From contig ML996689.1 in the NCBI GenBank assembly GCA_010356995.1, positions 886,691-950,690 of the forward strand: 64,000 bases of DNA, read 5' to 3'. Positions 1 through 13,028 of the stretch are shown piece after piece; position 1 is the first letter of the stretch, and each line of letters starts with the position of its first letter. The position numbers and the translations under genes are program-made. The notes beneath the pieces are model-generated. The model ran no database searches and had not been told where the DNA came from. It was given only the letters and a program-made list of their open reading frames with translations. This DNA is from Trichodelitschia bisporula (Eukaryota).

Positions 1-288
1 CAGGGGCACCATCCACGGGGCGCCGGCGTACACAAAAGCCATGGAAACCGATAAACACAAATCCACGGGACATTATGCGGCGATGGCATGCAGCACGCGG
101 CAACGCGGCAAGCATAATCGCCGCACAAAGCCGCGCATAAAAAACTTGCTCACCACCACGTGGAGACCAACCGTATGGGGAAACCATGTTACAAGGAACC
201 GATGACCGGGAACAATCATTACCATCACACATTCCAAAACCATCTGGCAATTGGCATATCCAGCTTTGGGTGGTAATTACGGCGCTGG

Positions 289-660
289 TCACGGGCAGAG
301 CGGCGCCGGGGTAGGCGGCTTTTTGGGGAAATACGCAGCGAGGACTGGATTGGGATGTTCCGTGGGCATGGGGATATGGGGTGGCGATCGATCGGGCTGG
401 GGGGTGGTGTGGTGCACAGATGGGGATGGGTATTGCGAACGGTATTTAGCGTGTGATGCGAGGCTCGGGCATGGAGAGGTTCGGATTGGGGGTGGTGGTG
501 GTTGGCGAGGGCCATCAGGGTCGGCAGCCAGGCACGACATCTCGGATCGGTCTCGGAACGTTAATACCAACACCCTAGAAGCCGCCATCGTCATTCCGAG
601 GTGCGTGCGAGACAGGACGTCGGCGAGAACCATGTGAAGCCGTTCTGCGTCCGTAAGCAT
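289..660 (-). CDS. Possible small Pro-rich hypothetical protein or gene fragment
   Basis: 123-aa ATG ORF with a pyrimidine-rich leader and a TATAAA (plus-strand tttata, about 823-828) upstream on the minus strand. No recognisable domain. Confidence 0.25.
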   Translation of the reverse strand: MLTDAERLHMVLADVLSRTHLGMTMAASRVLVLTFRDRSEMSCLAADPDGPRQPPPPPIRTSPCPSLASHAKYRSQYPSPSVHHTTPQPDRSPPHIPMPTEHPNPVLAAYFPKKPPTPAPLCP

Positions 661-2770
661 GGATACAGACGTACGGGTTGCCTGTGAGGTGGGAGAGGTG
701 TTAGGATAAGGTTTGCGGTAGAAGGGGTTCGTCCGGGCGTGGGATAGGTCGATATGGGAATGAGCAGGTTTTGGTTGGCTGGGAGGAGTTGGTGACGGCG
801 GGATGGGCGGGGGGGTGGGAGGTTTATATTACTTTCCGTGGAGAGGTGAAGCCTTGCTTGTCTTAAGGGCTGGGTTATAGGACGACTCGGCCGAAGGCGA
901 ACGGAGTCCGTGATGGGCTGGGGGGGCTAAGGATGCTTGGTGTGGCTTGGTGAGTCTTGATGTGGCAGTGGGTGCTTGCTGGTAAATTGCACGCCGGATA
1001 TACGAAGCAAAGCGGAGGACCAGCGTCAAGAACCTCAACAGACATGCTACACGAGGTACACAAATGGCGAGCTCCAAAAGCCAGGAAAATACCGGCATTG
1101 TGTAGACACTAAAATATGTCAGAGAACAGTCCGGTGAAGTTGGAGCCGATGCCCATCGCCATGACGATTGAGTGACGCAACCACAAGTCCAGGCCGAAGT
1201 ACCCGGCTAGCAGATCGAAGTGTGGTTCTCGGGAGGTCATCACTGCGTCAAAGCTGACGTTCTGCAGCAAACCTCCATATAGTTGACATAATGCTAAATA
1301 TGGTGCATTCCCGCCCACAACATCGCCGCTTACACTCCTAGTATCGCCGTCGGCAAATACACGTCGTCTACCCAGAGAATATTGGACTCACTAGTGAGTT
1401 CTATATGCCGAAACCGCCGGCATCAAAGTTCTTCGAGCCGGGCTGACAGCGAAGGTCACCCCAATCAGTCATTGGTCTCTTGATACCCAAAGTCAGTATC
1501 TATTCCAAGCATATAGAGACTCAGCTGAGACTTGAAGATAACAGAGGACATAAGATAGTCTTTCTGTACGCGAACGTCCACATTGTGGCTTCAATCCCAG
1601 TATGAAGATGCCACCAGCTTTGCGGGAAGAAGTGCCGAGCACGAACCGGAGCGCATTCTGCGGAATCAATCCTAGACGCTGGCACACAATGAATGGGGCC
1701 CGAACGGTGGTAAGAGATAGGCCCGCCGTTCACGAGCACCCAGAGTCGACGCTCAAAATTCTGCATTGGTACGTGTCCTGAAGCCCGCCCGAGGCTCTTT
1801 GGCTTTGGATACTGATAGTCGTTGCCAGTGACATGCCATCAGATCGCTGAACAGGGCTTATGGTGCAGTAAAGAAGCTTCATCGATGCTGAGAATGTGCA
1901 ATCTCAAGCGGAGAATGGCAGTTCACAGTCGTCCGGCAGGATCTTAAGATGCGGGAACTGGGACTGAGGGCATATTGATGACGAGGTTTGGGACGAAATC
2001 TTCGTGTCGTATTTTTCATCAATTGCTACGTCTGATGGGTTGCGTCGCCGTCTCGTATTAGCGTGGAGGCAAAGATCACTCTGAGATTCTCCTCAAAGCC
2101 TCCACGTCGCCATGAGACAGCGACGCACACTTCGGATGTGGCGATAGATGACAAGAATAACGCAGAGATTCCATCCCAATTCGTCATCAAAAGACTTTTC
2201 TAGCGCCTCATTAGCCCTGGCGCTCCACTTCAAGAGTGTGGGGAAATCTCCCGTTCAAACCTTCTAGTCCCACCGAACAGCCTCCCACTTTCAACCGTCA
2301 GTGACGTCCGCATAATTGACATGTTATCGCCAGAGTTCTGGGCAATTTGTAGGATCGCGGACAGACGTCGAATGAAACGTCTGCAAGATCTCCGCCACAC
2401 ATGCAGCTGGCGCCGCAAGGCACTGGACTGCTGCGCCACCGCGCCTTGCCTCTTCCGGAATACTGTTGCGACACGTCGTTGAAGCGCTTCCAACATCATT
2501 CGATCCATCCCAATTCTTCATTTGGAGGCTCAGTTCTTTGTTCGCCTCCGCCTCGACTCGTCGATATGACTGCCGTAGTCTAGTCCATGCCGTAAAGCGC
2601 ACAGCTACGGTATTGCGAGTCCAACATCGCTGCGCCTCCTTATCGCCAGCGCTTGCGCCGTGCCCTTTAGCGCTCCTGACCGTCACAGCTCGCCACCGAC
2701 TGCTGCGACCGGCATTCAGTCTCGTGGAGCATCAACCGCGCTTGCGTGACATCACCTCACGACCACAACC

Positions 2771-4077
2771 ATGTCTACCTCCCCAGATCCGACACCCAGC
2801 TCCCCAACCCTCGACCACCTCAATTCGCGCCGCCGAACAAACACCAGCAGCTCGACCTCCTCCCGTCTCCGATCCGCTTCCGTTCGTGTCCTCTCCGCAG
2901 ACGTCCCACACGGCATGTGGGCCGCGACTGGCACTGTACTGGCCAAAACACCCGCTCCGGTGGAGATACGCAAGGGATCATTCGGACCAGAGGGATGGAC
3001 GGAGAGCGGACAGCGGCACAACAGCGTCACTTCTGCCAACGGGAAGAGCAAGGGAGCTACAGTTGCGGAATTGGGTGTCTTGCATGAGCCAGAGCGACCC
3101 AGCTTCGACACGCGCACGGCAGAGCAAACGCGGGGGTTGGACCCAATGGCAGTGGGAGGGTCCGTGGGACGGGCGCCTGAAATCACCGAAGACCCTCATC
3201 TGCCCTGGACACAGTCGACTACGATCGCGCTCCGTGCGTTCTGGAAGTGGTTCACGACGCCGCTCGGGTTCTTCATCACGATATACGGGCTCAATGTCGT
3301 TGCATGGGGCGGGATGCTCTTCCTACTGCTCTGCAATGCTTCGCCGGCGATGTGCAAACCGAACTGCAATGATATCAACTCGCCGCGGCGGGTTTGGATT
3401 GAGATCGACAGCCAGATTCTGAATGCACTGTTTTGCGTTACTGGGTTTGGGCTCATTCCGTGGCGGTTCAGAGACTTGTACTGGCTGCTTGTGTGGCGCT
3501 GGGGCATTCGCGGGCATGCGAGGAAGGAGGAGGGCATGCGGCGGCTGGCGGGCATTCATCGTGGTTGGTTCAGGCTGCGCGGGAGTGAGCACTGGGAGGA
3601 TGAGGGCGATGAGGCGCGCGACTTGGCGAATCCAGCGGTGCCGTTGCCGTTGGATAAGAGGCTCGACGGGCCGGTTACGGGGATCAGGGCGCCGCCGACG
3701 GCGACTTGGAGGATGGATTATGTGGTTTGGTGCGCTGTTTGGAATACCTTTCTGCAGGCGGTCTTGTGCGGGTTTATGTGGGGCATGAACAGGTACGTCA
3801 AGTTATGGTTTTAGGATTTGAGCGAATGCTAACCATGCACAGATACGACCGGCCTAGTTGGAGTACGGGGCTTTTCGTTGCGATGGCATGTATTGTTGCC
3901 GGCCTTGGTGGGATCATGATGTTCATGGAGGGCAAGAAGGTGAAGAAGGTGGAGGGAGTTCCGCCGAAGGGAAGCTCAGAGATGGAGAAACTGGCTCCTT
4001 CTCCTTCTACACGGGGTCAGAAGGATCCCATGATACCCGGTCAGCAACAGGCGAGCCGACGCGAAGAGCCTGTATAG
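2771..4077 (+). CDS. DUF2985-like integral membrane protein (2 exons: 2771-3792, 3843-4077)
   Basis: Hydrophobic segments and motifs GFFITIYGLNVVAWGGMLFLLLCNA, WIEIDSQILNALFCVTGFGLIPWRFRDLY. Intron 3793-3842 (GTACGT...GCTAAC...CAG) joins the frames as MNR|YDRPSW. Family recalled from motifs. Confidence 0.8.
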
Positions 4078-6228
4078 AGCGATTGTATGCATCGTTTGGC
4101 GTTGGCCGGGAGCGTGGTCTGTTGTATACCAGGAGAGTCTAGCCCATAGGATGGCCTCATTTTGGCAGTTCAGGAAAGAGCACATCTTTTTCTTCCTTAT
4201 CCAACTTTCGGCCATTGCTGCTCTCTGTAAAGTTCTCCCAGCGCCACCTCAGTGAGAGCTCCTTTGCACATGTCGAGATTGACACGGCTACATGCTGTAG
4301 TTAGGCTGAGGTACCGGTTCCTTCACACACAGCCGCTCAAACGACATCTCTCAAGCTTCTACTAACGACATATCCCCAACGCTTAGACGTCGAGTTGGGG
4401 TTCAGTTCCTTGCGGACCACGCTCGATGCAAATCAGCACGCACGCCATTCATCACCGGACCACTAGATAGCAGGATCGTCAGTCTAGCCTTCATGGCTCG
4501 ACTAGTGCCAACTTTTCCCCGCCGACCAGCTGCTCTACTTCAGACTTAAGGCGAGTAAGAGTGACGACAACGGCATCGGATTCGAGAGTGGATGATGAAG
4601 TCCGTCAGAGGAGAATGATGGGATCGGGATTCAAAGATCGGCCCGAGATCGTTCCTGTGACACAAATACGGTGATAATCGATCGGCCCGGAGTCGTATCC
4701 GATCCGCTAAATCCACAAGAATTGGTACCCACAGTCGGCACCTCGCGGAACAGGAGTCTCCTTGATCACTCTTGAGACGTCTCCGATCTCGGAGACATGG
4801 TACCATGCTTCTAGGAACAGTTCCCTGGCTTCCATCCCGCTAGTACTCGTACTCGACCCGCCTTCATGTGGGGGAGCGAACGCCGCGCAAAGCCTGCAGA
4901 TGCGCTAAAGGACCTTGGTCTCTTTCTTCATGAAGATTTGCGACAAGTGACACATCATCATGTGGGGAAACAGATGGGCAGCTAGCCAACCAGCGCTCGC
5001 GGATGTGGTCATCGAAATTCTCGAAATCCCCGCAACTTTGCCCCCAGCTGGGCTCAACCCTAAAAGAACTTGGGGCGCGCTGGACGGGCAGCGCTGCTCG
5101 TAAAGTGCCACCTGCAAACCTGTCATCCCGAGAGCATTGTTCCAGGCTCGTCTTGGGCGTGCGTGCTATTAATACGGACCTTGTCCGAGTCTGTAGGCCG
5201 TTGCGGTTAACCCTCTGCGGTTTGAGATGGGGCTTATGAGGATATAAGATCTACTTGCTTTAAGGTTCTGCCAGCGGATTTTTGCACCTATATCCTTTGG
5301 GAAACTCTGATCCTTGAATCGTGCAATCGACGGTGCCTCCTCACGGCTTGTTGCAGCTTGATGGGCCTGCCGCAATGCTATACGGCCGGATGGCGACTCA
5401 GCGGCTCATTAACAGTGGCATCTGTAGGTCACCTTTGGGATCCCTCAACGACGCTACCGGCGTGGCAATTGATAAACAAGAGCCATGAAGATCACCACGA
5501 CGGTCCCAGAATGCGCCTACGGCTAACACGGAGCAATTCCGCATCAATCTAACAGCCCCATCACGATCTAGGCCAGATTGCCATCTGAGATGGGGCTAGG
5601 ACCTCTCTATCCCAGGGCTCTTTCAAGCCCATGAAAGCTTTACCGACGCATGCAAACCAGTCACGACCTCCAATAAGACCTACCTGCCACGCTGTGTTTA
5701 ATAAGGGATACCTTGCTAGTGGTGTTAGTTGTAAGCTGTACACCATATCAATTGACGTGGAGAAGATTTGAAGGCTAGAGTTGTTAGCCTGGCCGCTTGG
5801 CTTTGCATCCGAGGTGCAGTTCTCTTCTTCTTGGCCCCACAAGGAATAAACGCCTCCTCTTACAAACCCTCGTCGGTCTCCACACTCCTCCACGCCCTCC
5901 ACATCCTGCTTATTGGGGCTATCTCGCCCTCGGTGAGCCAGTTTGGTGCTTACCTCCAATTCTTACCCTCCCAACCTTCTTCCCTTCACCAGTTCACCAT
6001 CCGCACCCCATCCGCGTCCCGTTCCGCCCTCCTAACCAACCAACCGACGTCCCTTCCATCTCTCTCCAGCCACCTCGTCACCAACCCCGCCTCCCATCAT
6101 CCTTGCTTCTAACCTCACTCCTCCCTCGGCCCTCTATCCGCGACGCACCAGACATTGGCTCACCATCACATGCGGCATCAAACACTCCCATCATGAGCCA
6201 CTAGAGCTATCACTATACACGCGCCACC

Positions 6229-9200
6229 ATGCCGCCGACAACAACCCACCCCGCGTCCGCCTACACCCCCTCCCCCACCAGTGCCGATGCTCGCCACCCG
6301 CCTCCCTTCCCCATATCCACCCCACGCAGTCCGCGCACCGACATGCGCCCCTCGCCCACCGACCCCGAGCCCACCAGCCCCTACGACTTCCCACTGGGCT
6401 TCATCCCACAATCCTTCCCGCCCTTCGTCCCCTTCGAGGCCCGCGCCAACCCCCCACAGCCTGCAACATCGGGCTACATGCCGCAGCGCCGGGCGAGCGG
6501 CAGCAGCGGCGCTGACAGCCGCGCGCGCGAGATGGTGACGCCGGAGAGCGGCGCGTACGGCGACGAGAACGGGGGCGAGCGGAAGAAGGATGTGGGCGGT
6601 GGGGAAGTGCCGCCGTGGAGCGAGTTGAAGACTAAGGCGGGGAAGGAGCGCAAGCGCCTCCCGCTGGCGTGCATTGCGTGCCGGAGGAAGAAGATTCGCT
6701 GCTCCGGCGAGAAGCCCGCGTGCAAGCATTGCCTGCGGAGCCGGATACCCTGTGTGTACAAGGTTACGACGAGGAAGGCGGCGCCTCGCACGGATTACAT
6801 GGCTATGCTGGATAAGCGGCTCAAGCGAATGGAGGAGCGCGTTATCAAGCTTATTCCCAAGGGGAATGAGGCAGTGATTGCGAGTGTTCCTCGCGCCGTG
6901 CTTAAGCCCGCTCCCGCAGGATCAGCGAAGTCGCCCGGTAGGAAGAGGGCTGCGGATGAGGCGTTTGGTCATGAGGGCGAGCTGGACGCGTGGGCCAAGG
7001 GCCGGCCGAACGGGAAGGAGCTGCCAATCAAGGGACAGGATTCAGATGAGAAGCGATTGCTGGTCGAGGGCGCGGAGGCGCTGCCGTCGAAGGAGATTCA
7101 GATGCACCTCGCTGAGGTGTACTTTGAGTACGTGTACGGCCAGGCGTATCCGCTGCTGCACAAGCCGAGTTTCTTGCGCAAGCTGGCGGCGGGTACCGTG
7201 CCGCCTGTGCTCATTCTCGCGGTCTGTGCCATTGCGGCCCGCTTCTCGGATCATCCTGCCGTGAGGACGGAGCCGGCGTTTTTGCGGGGGGAGAATTGGG
7301 CGAGTGTGGCGCGGGAGATTGCGCTGAAGCGGTACGATACGCCGAACATTACGATCTTGCTTGTGTATATTCTCCTCGGTCTTCATGAGTTTGGGACGTG
7401 TCAGGGTGGGCGGAGTTGGATGTTCGGCGGGATGGCGCAGCGCATGGCGTTTGCGCTGCAGCTGCATATGGATCTGGATCATAAGAGCTGGGATCGAGGG
7501 AAGAAAGACCAAACGCGGTTGACACCGACGGATCGGGAAATTCGGCGACGCACAATGTGGAGCTGCTACTTGATGGACAGGTTTAACTCCTCTGGCACGG
7601 ACCGACCCATGCAGATGGCCGACGAGTTTGTCAACATTCCGCTGCCGATCAAGGAGAGCTACTTTCAGATGGAAGTCTCGGGTCCCACGGAGACGCTCGA
7701 GGGCAAGGTCCTCTATCCTGCTGAGCCGGACGCCGGGGAACTTGTCGATGCGCGCGAGAATATGGGTGCAGCGGCATATATAATACGCCTTGTTTCGCTC
7801 TGGGGACGTGTAGTACGATACTGGAACCTGGGCGGCCGAGAAGCGGAGGACCGACCGATATGGGCAACAGACTCTGAATACCACGCCCTACGTAAAGCGA
7901 TCCTGGAGTTCCGTGATACGCTACCCGAGTCATTGCGCTACAACGCGGACAACCTACGAAATCATACCACGGACCGTGTGGCGAACCAGTTCATATTCAT
8001 GCATCTCGTGTATAACCAGCTCGTACTTTTCATGAGCCGATTCTCGCTTCCCTTATCCGGCCGTGGTCGTATACCAGCCGACATGCCGGCGGACTTTCTC
8101 AAGAGCTCCGCACACGCGGCACTTGACGCTGCAAACCAGATATCCGCACTGATCAAGGAGGCGACGGAGCACGCCGTGACTGCACCATTTGCGGGGTACT
8201 GCGCCTTCTACTCAAGCACGGTGCACATCTACGGAGTGTTCAGCAAGAACGCGAAGCTCGAGATGGTAGCGAAGCAGAACCTAGCGCACAATGTGCGCTA
8301 TCTGAGCAAGATGAAGAAGTATTGGGGCATGTTCCATTTCGTCGCTGAGAATCTCAAGGATTTGTATCGGCAGCATGCTGATGCCGCGCACCGCGGGTCT
8401 GCAGCCGCAGCCGCAGCCGCTGGGAAGCAGGAACAGATCTTCCAGTACGGCGACTGGTTCGACCGGTACCCGCATGGTGTGTCGCAGACGGACTATGAAG
8501 ATCCAGCTTCGGATCAGAAGCTCGAGCCAGGCGGAGACGCGGTGCTGGGCGAAAAGAGTGCGCTCCAGAGCGTCGAGGAGTTCTTCGCCACGCTCGAGCC
8601 ACCCGTGCTCCCAACGGCACGAAGAGGTGGAGCCAAAAAGGCCAAAGTTCAGAGCAAGGGTGGTAAAACGTCGGCAGGCGACGGTGCCGTTGCAAACATG
8701 CGCGACGGACAGGCGTCTGAAGTGCCGCTGCAGAGCCCCGTGCCGTTCGACGGCTTTGACCAGTCTCTCTTGCCGTATCAGACGGATCCGGCGTATGGAA
8801 ATTACTTCACTATGGCGGCGCCGGGACTGCCGCAGGCGGCGATGCTGTCACAATTAGACCGGCACATGGTGCTGGCATCGTACGCAGGAATGGATCCGGC
8901 GAGCGCGGCAGCGATTTCGAACACTATGTCTACAGCGGGAGGTGTGGAAGGTGGTGTGGGGATAGGGATGCCGGGAGTGCAGCAACAGCAGCAGCAGCAG
9001 CAGCCGGTTGACTTGTGGAATATCGGCAATGTGGATTTGAGCGTATTTGGGTCGGCAGGGATGGGCTTCGGCGGTGCGAATGGCTGGTCGGATCCCAGCA
9101 CCGCATGGTTTATGCCCTGGAATCTGGCGCCGCCCGAGAATCCGCGCGGCGAGGAGTTTGGCGATGCGGCGTTCGGAAGGATGGGATATGGTGGCTTCGG

Positions 9201-9279
9201 AGGCGTCGGGATCGTGGAGAGGATGCAGGGGAACAATCGAACGGGAGGGGGCGTGTTTGATGATACCAAAACGCAGTAA
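6229..9279 (+). CDS. Zn(II)2Cys6 fungal transcription factor with fungal-specific TF (middle homology) domain
   Basis: 1016-aa single ORF with ACIACRRKKIRCSGEKPACKHCLRSRIPCVY binuclear cluster, a following coiled coil, and the EIRRRTMWSCYLMDR Fungal_trans motif. Confidence 0.95.
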   Translation: MPPTTTHPASAYTPSPTSADARHPPPFPISTPRSPRTDMRPSPTDPEPTSPYDFPLGFIPQSFPPFVPFEARANPPQPATSGYMPQRRASGSSGADSRAREMVTPESGAYGDENGGERKKDVGGGEVPPWSELKTKAGKERKRLPLACIACRRKKIRCSGEKPACKHCLRSRIPCVYKVTTRKAAPRTDYMAMLDKRLKRMEERVIKLIPKGNEAVIASVPRAVLKPAPAGSAKSPGRKRAADEAFGHEGELDAWAKGRPNGKELPIKGQDSDEKRLLVEGAEALPSKEIQMHLAEVYFEYVYGQAYPLLHKPSFLRKLAAGTVPPVLILAVCAIAARFSDHPAVRTEPAFLRGENWASVAREIALKRYDTPNITILLVYILLGLHEFGTCQGGRSWMFGGMAQRMAFALQLHMDLDHKSWDRGKKDQTRLTPTDREIRRRTMWSCYLMDRFNSSGTDRPMQMADEFVNIPLPIKESYFQMEVSGPTETLEGKVLYPAEPDAGELVDARENMGAAAYIIRLVSLWGRVVRYWNLGGREAEDRPIWATDSEYHALRKAILEFRDTLPESLRYNADNLRNHTTDRVANQFIFMHLVYNQLVLFMSRFSLPLSGRGRIPADMPADFLKSSAHAALDAANQISALIKEATEHAVTAPFAGYCAFYSSTVHIYGVFSKNAKLEMVAKQNLAHNVRYLSKMKKYWGMFHFVAENLKDLYRQHADAAHRGSAAAAAAAGKQEQIFQYGDWFDRYPHGVSQTDYEDPASDQKLEPGGDAVLGEKSALQSVEEFFATLEPPVLPTARRGGAKKAKVQSKGGKTSAGDGAVANMRDGQASEVPLQSPVPFDGFDQSLLPYQTDPAYGNYFTMAAPGLPQAAMLSQLDRHMVLASYAGMDPASAAAISNTMSTAGGVEGGVGIGMPGVQQQQQQQQPVDLWNIGNVDLSVFGSAGMGFGGANGWSDPSTAWFMPWNLAPPENPRGEEFGDAAFGRMGYGGFGGVGIVERMQGNNRTGGGVFDDTKTQ
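8980..9003 (+). repeat. (CAG/CAA)8 polyglutamine tract in the TF C-terminus
   Basis: cagcaacagcagcagcagcagcag, translated as QQQQQQQQ. Confidence 0.9.
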
Positions 9280-9645
9280 CTCTGGGTAGGATAAGAAGGA
9301 TCTCCGCCTCGATGTTCTTGGACCTGCGGGCAGCTGGATAGTCCAGAGCAGCGTACATATTCGAACGATAAAAGGATTCCGCGGCTTCGCGCTGCTAATT
9401 GAAAGTAAACAAAGACACCGCTGTGAAACAGTAAACAAACATGGTGATTTTCATTTTCATGGTGTTGCACATTAAACCCCTTGCATCCCTGCAGCAATGA
9501 CGTTTTTCTGACCGATGCGCCAACCAAGCAAGCCAGTCCAAAGCAAGCAAGCAAGCTCGTGCCACCGAGCTTCAACCTCCCCTCCGGCCACACACAAACA
9601 ACTTCTTCGCAACCACTGAACCTACCCCACGAACACAAAATCACG

Positions 9646-10751
9646 ATGCCGCGCAAAGGCTCTGTTGCGGCGGCGCGTTCTGCCACGCGTTCCCAGGACA
9701 AGGGATATCTCAAGTCGAACGAGATAGCCGAGCCCGTCGTGCTTCCTACCGCAGCACAACCTCCGATCAAGCCAGTCGCGAAGACTCCCTCGGCGTTGCG
9801 CTTCGTTCTTGCTGTCATTCTGAGCTTCGGGACCTCTTACGCGCTCTACACTTTCGGTGCGCCGTATACGGCGGGCGAGTTGTCGGCTGTGAGCCGCCGC
9901 GTTGTTGAGCTCGAGGAGGTCCTTGCGTTTCCGGCATGGCGGATCGTGGAGCTTGGTGTCGGTTGGCTTGCGGGTTATGATGGTAGGTTGATTTGTGGTG
10001 ATGGGTGCTCGGGTACTAACTGGGTGTAGACTACGACGTTGCGGCACTCATCATCCTGACTCGCCTCCCTTACTACTTCCTCCTCAACACCTTCTACGAA
10101 GTCTCACTTACGACCAGCGCCCTCGCTCTAACCTTTGACGTCGTCAGCGCCGCGCTTCCTTTCACCTTCCTCCGCAAACGGCACCTTGAGCACGTCTCCT
10201 CGGCTCCCAAATCCGCTGTTCCGAACCAAGGTGTGATCAACAACAAGACGATCTTCGGCCTCACGTCTCTTCTATCATCTAGCTTGTACACGATCGTCCT
10301 CTACGCCTCCTTCCGCACCTGGCTTCCCGTCTTCGTGGCTACACACTTCCACGATCTTCCCACGCTGGAACTCGCTCACTCGCGCGGCTACGTCGACCTC
10401 CTCCCGCTTTTCGTGCCGCTCGGTTGGGCCGCTTTCGCGTTCCTCTTCTCGCCTAGCGCAGGCGCGCAGAACAACCTAGGTGACGCTCGTGCGGCGGCTT
10501 TCAATCCCGCTACTGCATCGATGTGGGACCATATTGTGCACAACGCTTGGGGCTGGGAGAAGGGCACACGGGTGCTCATTTCACGAACGGTGGTCATCGG
10601 GATTCTTGTGGGTGTTGGAACTTGGGTGCGGGTCTGGGGCACGGTGGAAGGAGCTGAGAGTTTGGGTGCACTTGGGTGGGCGGCGCTTTGGGCGGGAGCT
10701 GGGGCGCTGAATGCAGCTGCAGTTGGGTGGGTTGGGTCGGCGGCGGAGTGA
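9646..10751 (+). CDS. Hypothetical multi-pass membrane protein (exons 9646-9982, 10030-10751)
   Basis: ATG at 9646. Intron 9983-10029 (GTAGGT...ACTAAC...TAG) fuses the two ORF-track frames (GYD|DYDVAAL). Several hydrophobic helices. Confidence 0.8.
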
Positions 10752-11196
10752 TGGCTGGGATTTACGGTCGGTGATGCGCGGATGATGGGCATAATGCTTC
10801 GCTTTTATCTAGGTTCCTGGCTGGTGCTTCGGAGTGTGATGCGTAGACAGGGCGTAGATCGGTTATGAGCGCTGACTAACATATATCCATAGATATAAAG
10901 TCCGCTGGTTGTTCCTTCCTGTCCGAATTCTCCCCTTCCCTGCGCAGGGCATAGACCCCTTCACCAGCAGGCCACCTCCCCGTCTCTGTCCCTTGTGCCT
11001 TCCCTTGTTGATGTTGTCTTTGGCTTTCCGCCATCGGATTGCGTAGGAGCGTGGCACGACCGGGTGGGATAAAATCGGTACCTCGTAAATCTACTCTTCT
11101 CACCACATCCCAACATCACCATCTCATCTCAATCCACTGCATTCTCGTCACTACGTGAATCACTACATTCAACCATCATTTCTCCCAACAAACAGA

Positions 11197-13028
11197 ATGT
11201 CTCCCTTTCATAATGACAGCAACGAGCCCTCCGGCCGCAGCTCGCCCGGTAATCACCAGCCACTGCCTCTCCTTCCTCTCTCTAGAATACCCACCCTCCG
11301 TCGCTCTAACGGCACTTCGCGAATCAGTCGCAATTCCTCCACCAGCACCTCGCCGCACCCCACCGGCATCGCCCTGTCCTCCAATCGGTCCCGCAGTCGC
11401 GATACCTCATCCGCCTCATCCGTGAGTCCTACAACAAATTGGCATCCCCGTGGACATGCGTCCCAGTCGGCGCTGTGGGATGAGCGTGGGTTTCTTCGAG
11501 CCGGCGTTTTGCGGAGGCAGAGGCAACATCGGACAAACAGCGATGGCCGTTCTCTTTGGACTTGTAGAGTGGTTGGCCTCGGATCGCTGAGTCCGGCGGT
11601 GCGACGTGCTCTGGAGAACGCCATATACATTCTTATTGCTGAAGAAGAGAGAGATGGTGGTGAAGTCGACTCCGGCAGGCCTACCGTTATTTACAGCAGC
11701 GGAAGCGACAACGACGAAGTCAACGGTCTCGGCGATGGGAGTTATGAGGATGTTGGCTACGAGGGGGTTAGTACCGTTTATTGGTCCCGGATTTGGCGTT
11801 TGGCCTGGTTTGGTATCTGGGGGTTTGTTCAACTGACCGAGGACAGACCTCGTTGCCTATGGCGAACGGTGACGGGACTCCTGACTGGCACCCGGACCCT
11901 CGGTTGGTGGCTCGGCTGGTGGATGACGGTAGCGGCGGCGACAGCCTTTGGACCATCCATTTCAACGAGAGGAATCATGATGATAACGTCGCTGATACTA
12001 CGAACGGTTTTGCTGCGGGTTCGTCTGGGCCCGAGGGGGGGAATTTGACTACTTGGGCCACGCCCACGTGGCTTTCGCCCGCCAACGAGACAACTTTATC
12101 TCGGCCCTCGACACCTCTGACCGTGAGCGATGAGTCAATCTTTGAAACTATTTTTCAGGACCTTGGAGATCTTTACGATGACCTGGATCTCCTCCATGCG
12201 GCCATGTCTGTTCAGGGGTGGCGGGGCTCGCGGTCTGTTGCCCGTGAAGTCGAAGCTCGTGATCAGCTGCAGGACCAACTCCTGGAGTCACTCCAGAGCC
12301 AGGCAGATCTTTGGCCCGTTGCACAACGCATCCTCAGTGTGCTCTACGTGCAACGAGCGTTCACCGATGACAGGGTTGATGGCATCCGGAGCACCAGTGG
12401 CCTGAACGGCACTTATAATAATGGCACTCATTCCAACGGCACTCATTCGGATGATGAGAATTGGGACAGCACTGATATGGATGGTACTCCTGTGAATACT
12501 CATGTCAACGGCACTCATGACAACGATACTCACGTCAGCGGCACTAGTGTCAACGGTACTCAGGTCAACGGCACTCGTGCCCACGCCACTCATGTCAACG
12601 GCGTCCATGCCAACGACACTCGTATCAACGGCATCCGCGTCAACGGCATCCGTGTCAACGGTACTCGTGTCAACGGTACCCGTGTCAATGGCACTCGTGT
12701 CAATAACACTTACACTTACACCGACGCTTCTACCAACACTCCCCCCAACGGCACTCATCTAAATGGTACAGGCTCCACCAACCCTTATACTCCTGAGCGC
12801 CTTTTCCAACCCCACCCACGTAGGCCATCCCTTAGCAATGTGACGTTTTACGGGACCTACCCCAGGCTGAACAGAAGCCCGAGCTATCGGCGACACGACG
12901 CTTCGCCCCAGGTTTGGGGACCGACAGGCGGCCCGCAACCGGCGGCGAGTTACTTCAGCCGGCGCGCCATGGGGGCTGCGTTTGCGGATATGGAGTCCAG
13001 TGATGATGATTCGGATGTGGAAGTCTGA
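11197..13028 (+). CDS. Low-complexity orphan protein with NGT pentapeptide repeats (exons 11197-11766, 11847-13028)
   Basis: Intron 11767-11846 (GTTAGT...CTGAC...CAG) joins ORFs 11155-12048 and 11781-13028 in phase 0. No known domain recognised. Confidence 0.6.
12403..12770 (+). repeat. Degenerate 15-bp coding tandem repeat (consensus about CGTGTCAACGGCACT, RVNGT)
   Basis: Cleanest at about 12621-12710: RINGI RVNGI RVNGT RVNGT RVNGT RVNNT. Confidence 0.85.

Noticed and set aside
1100..2500. Possible degenerate minus-strand gene
   Set aside because: Only short ORFs, with no consistent frame, splice model or motif that I can support.
7042..9818. Long antisense ORFs (7042-7884, 8802-9818) opposite the Zn2Cys6 gene
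   Set aside because: These are shadow ORFs expected in GC-rich coding DNA and have no independent motifs.
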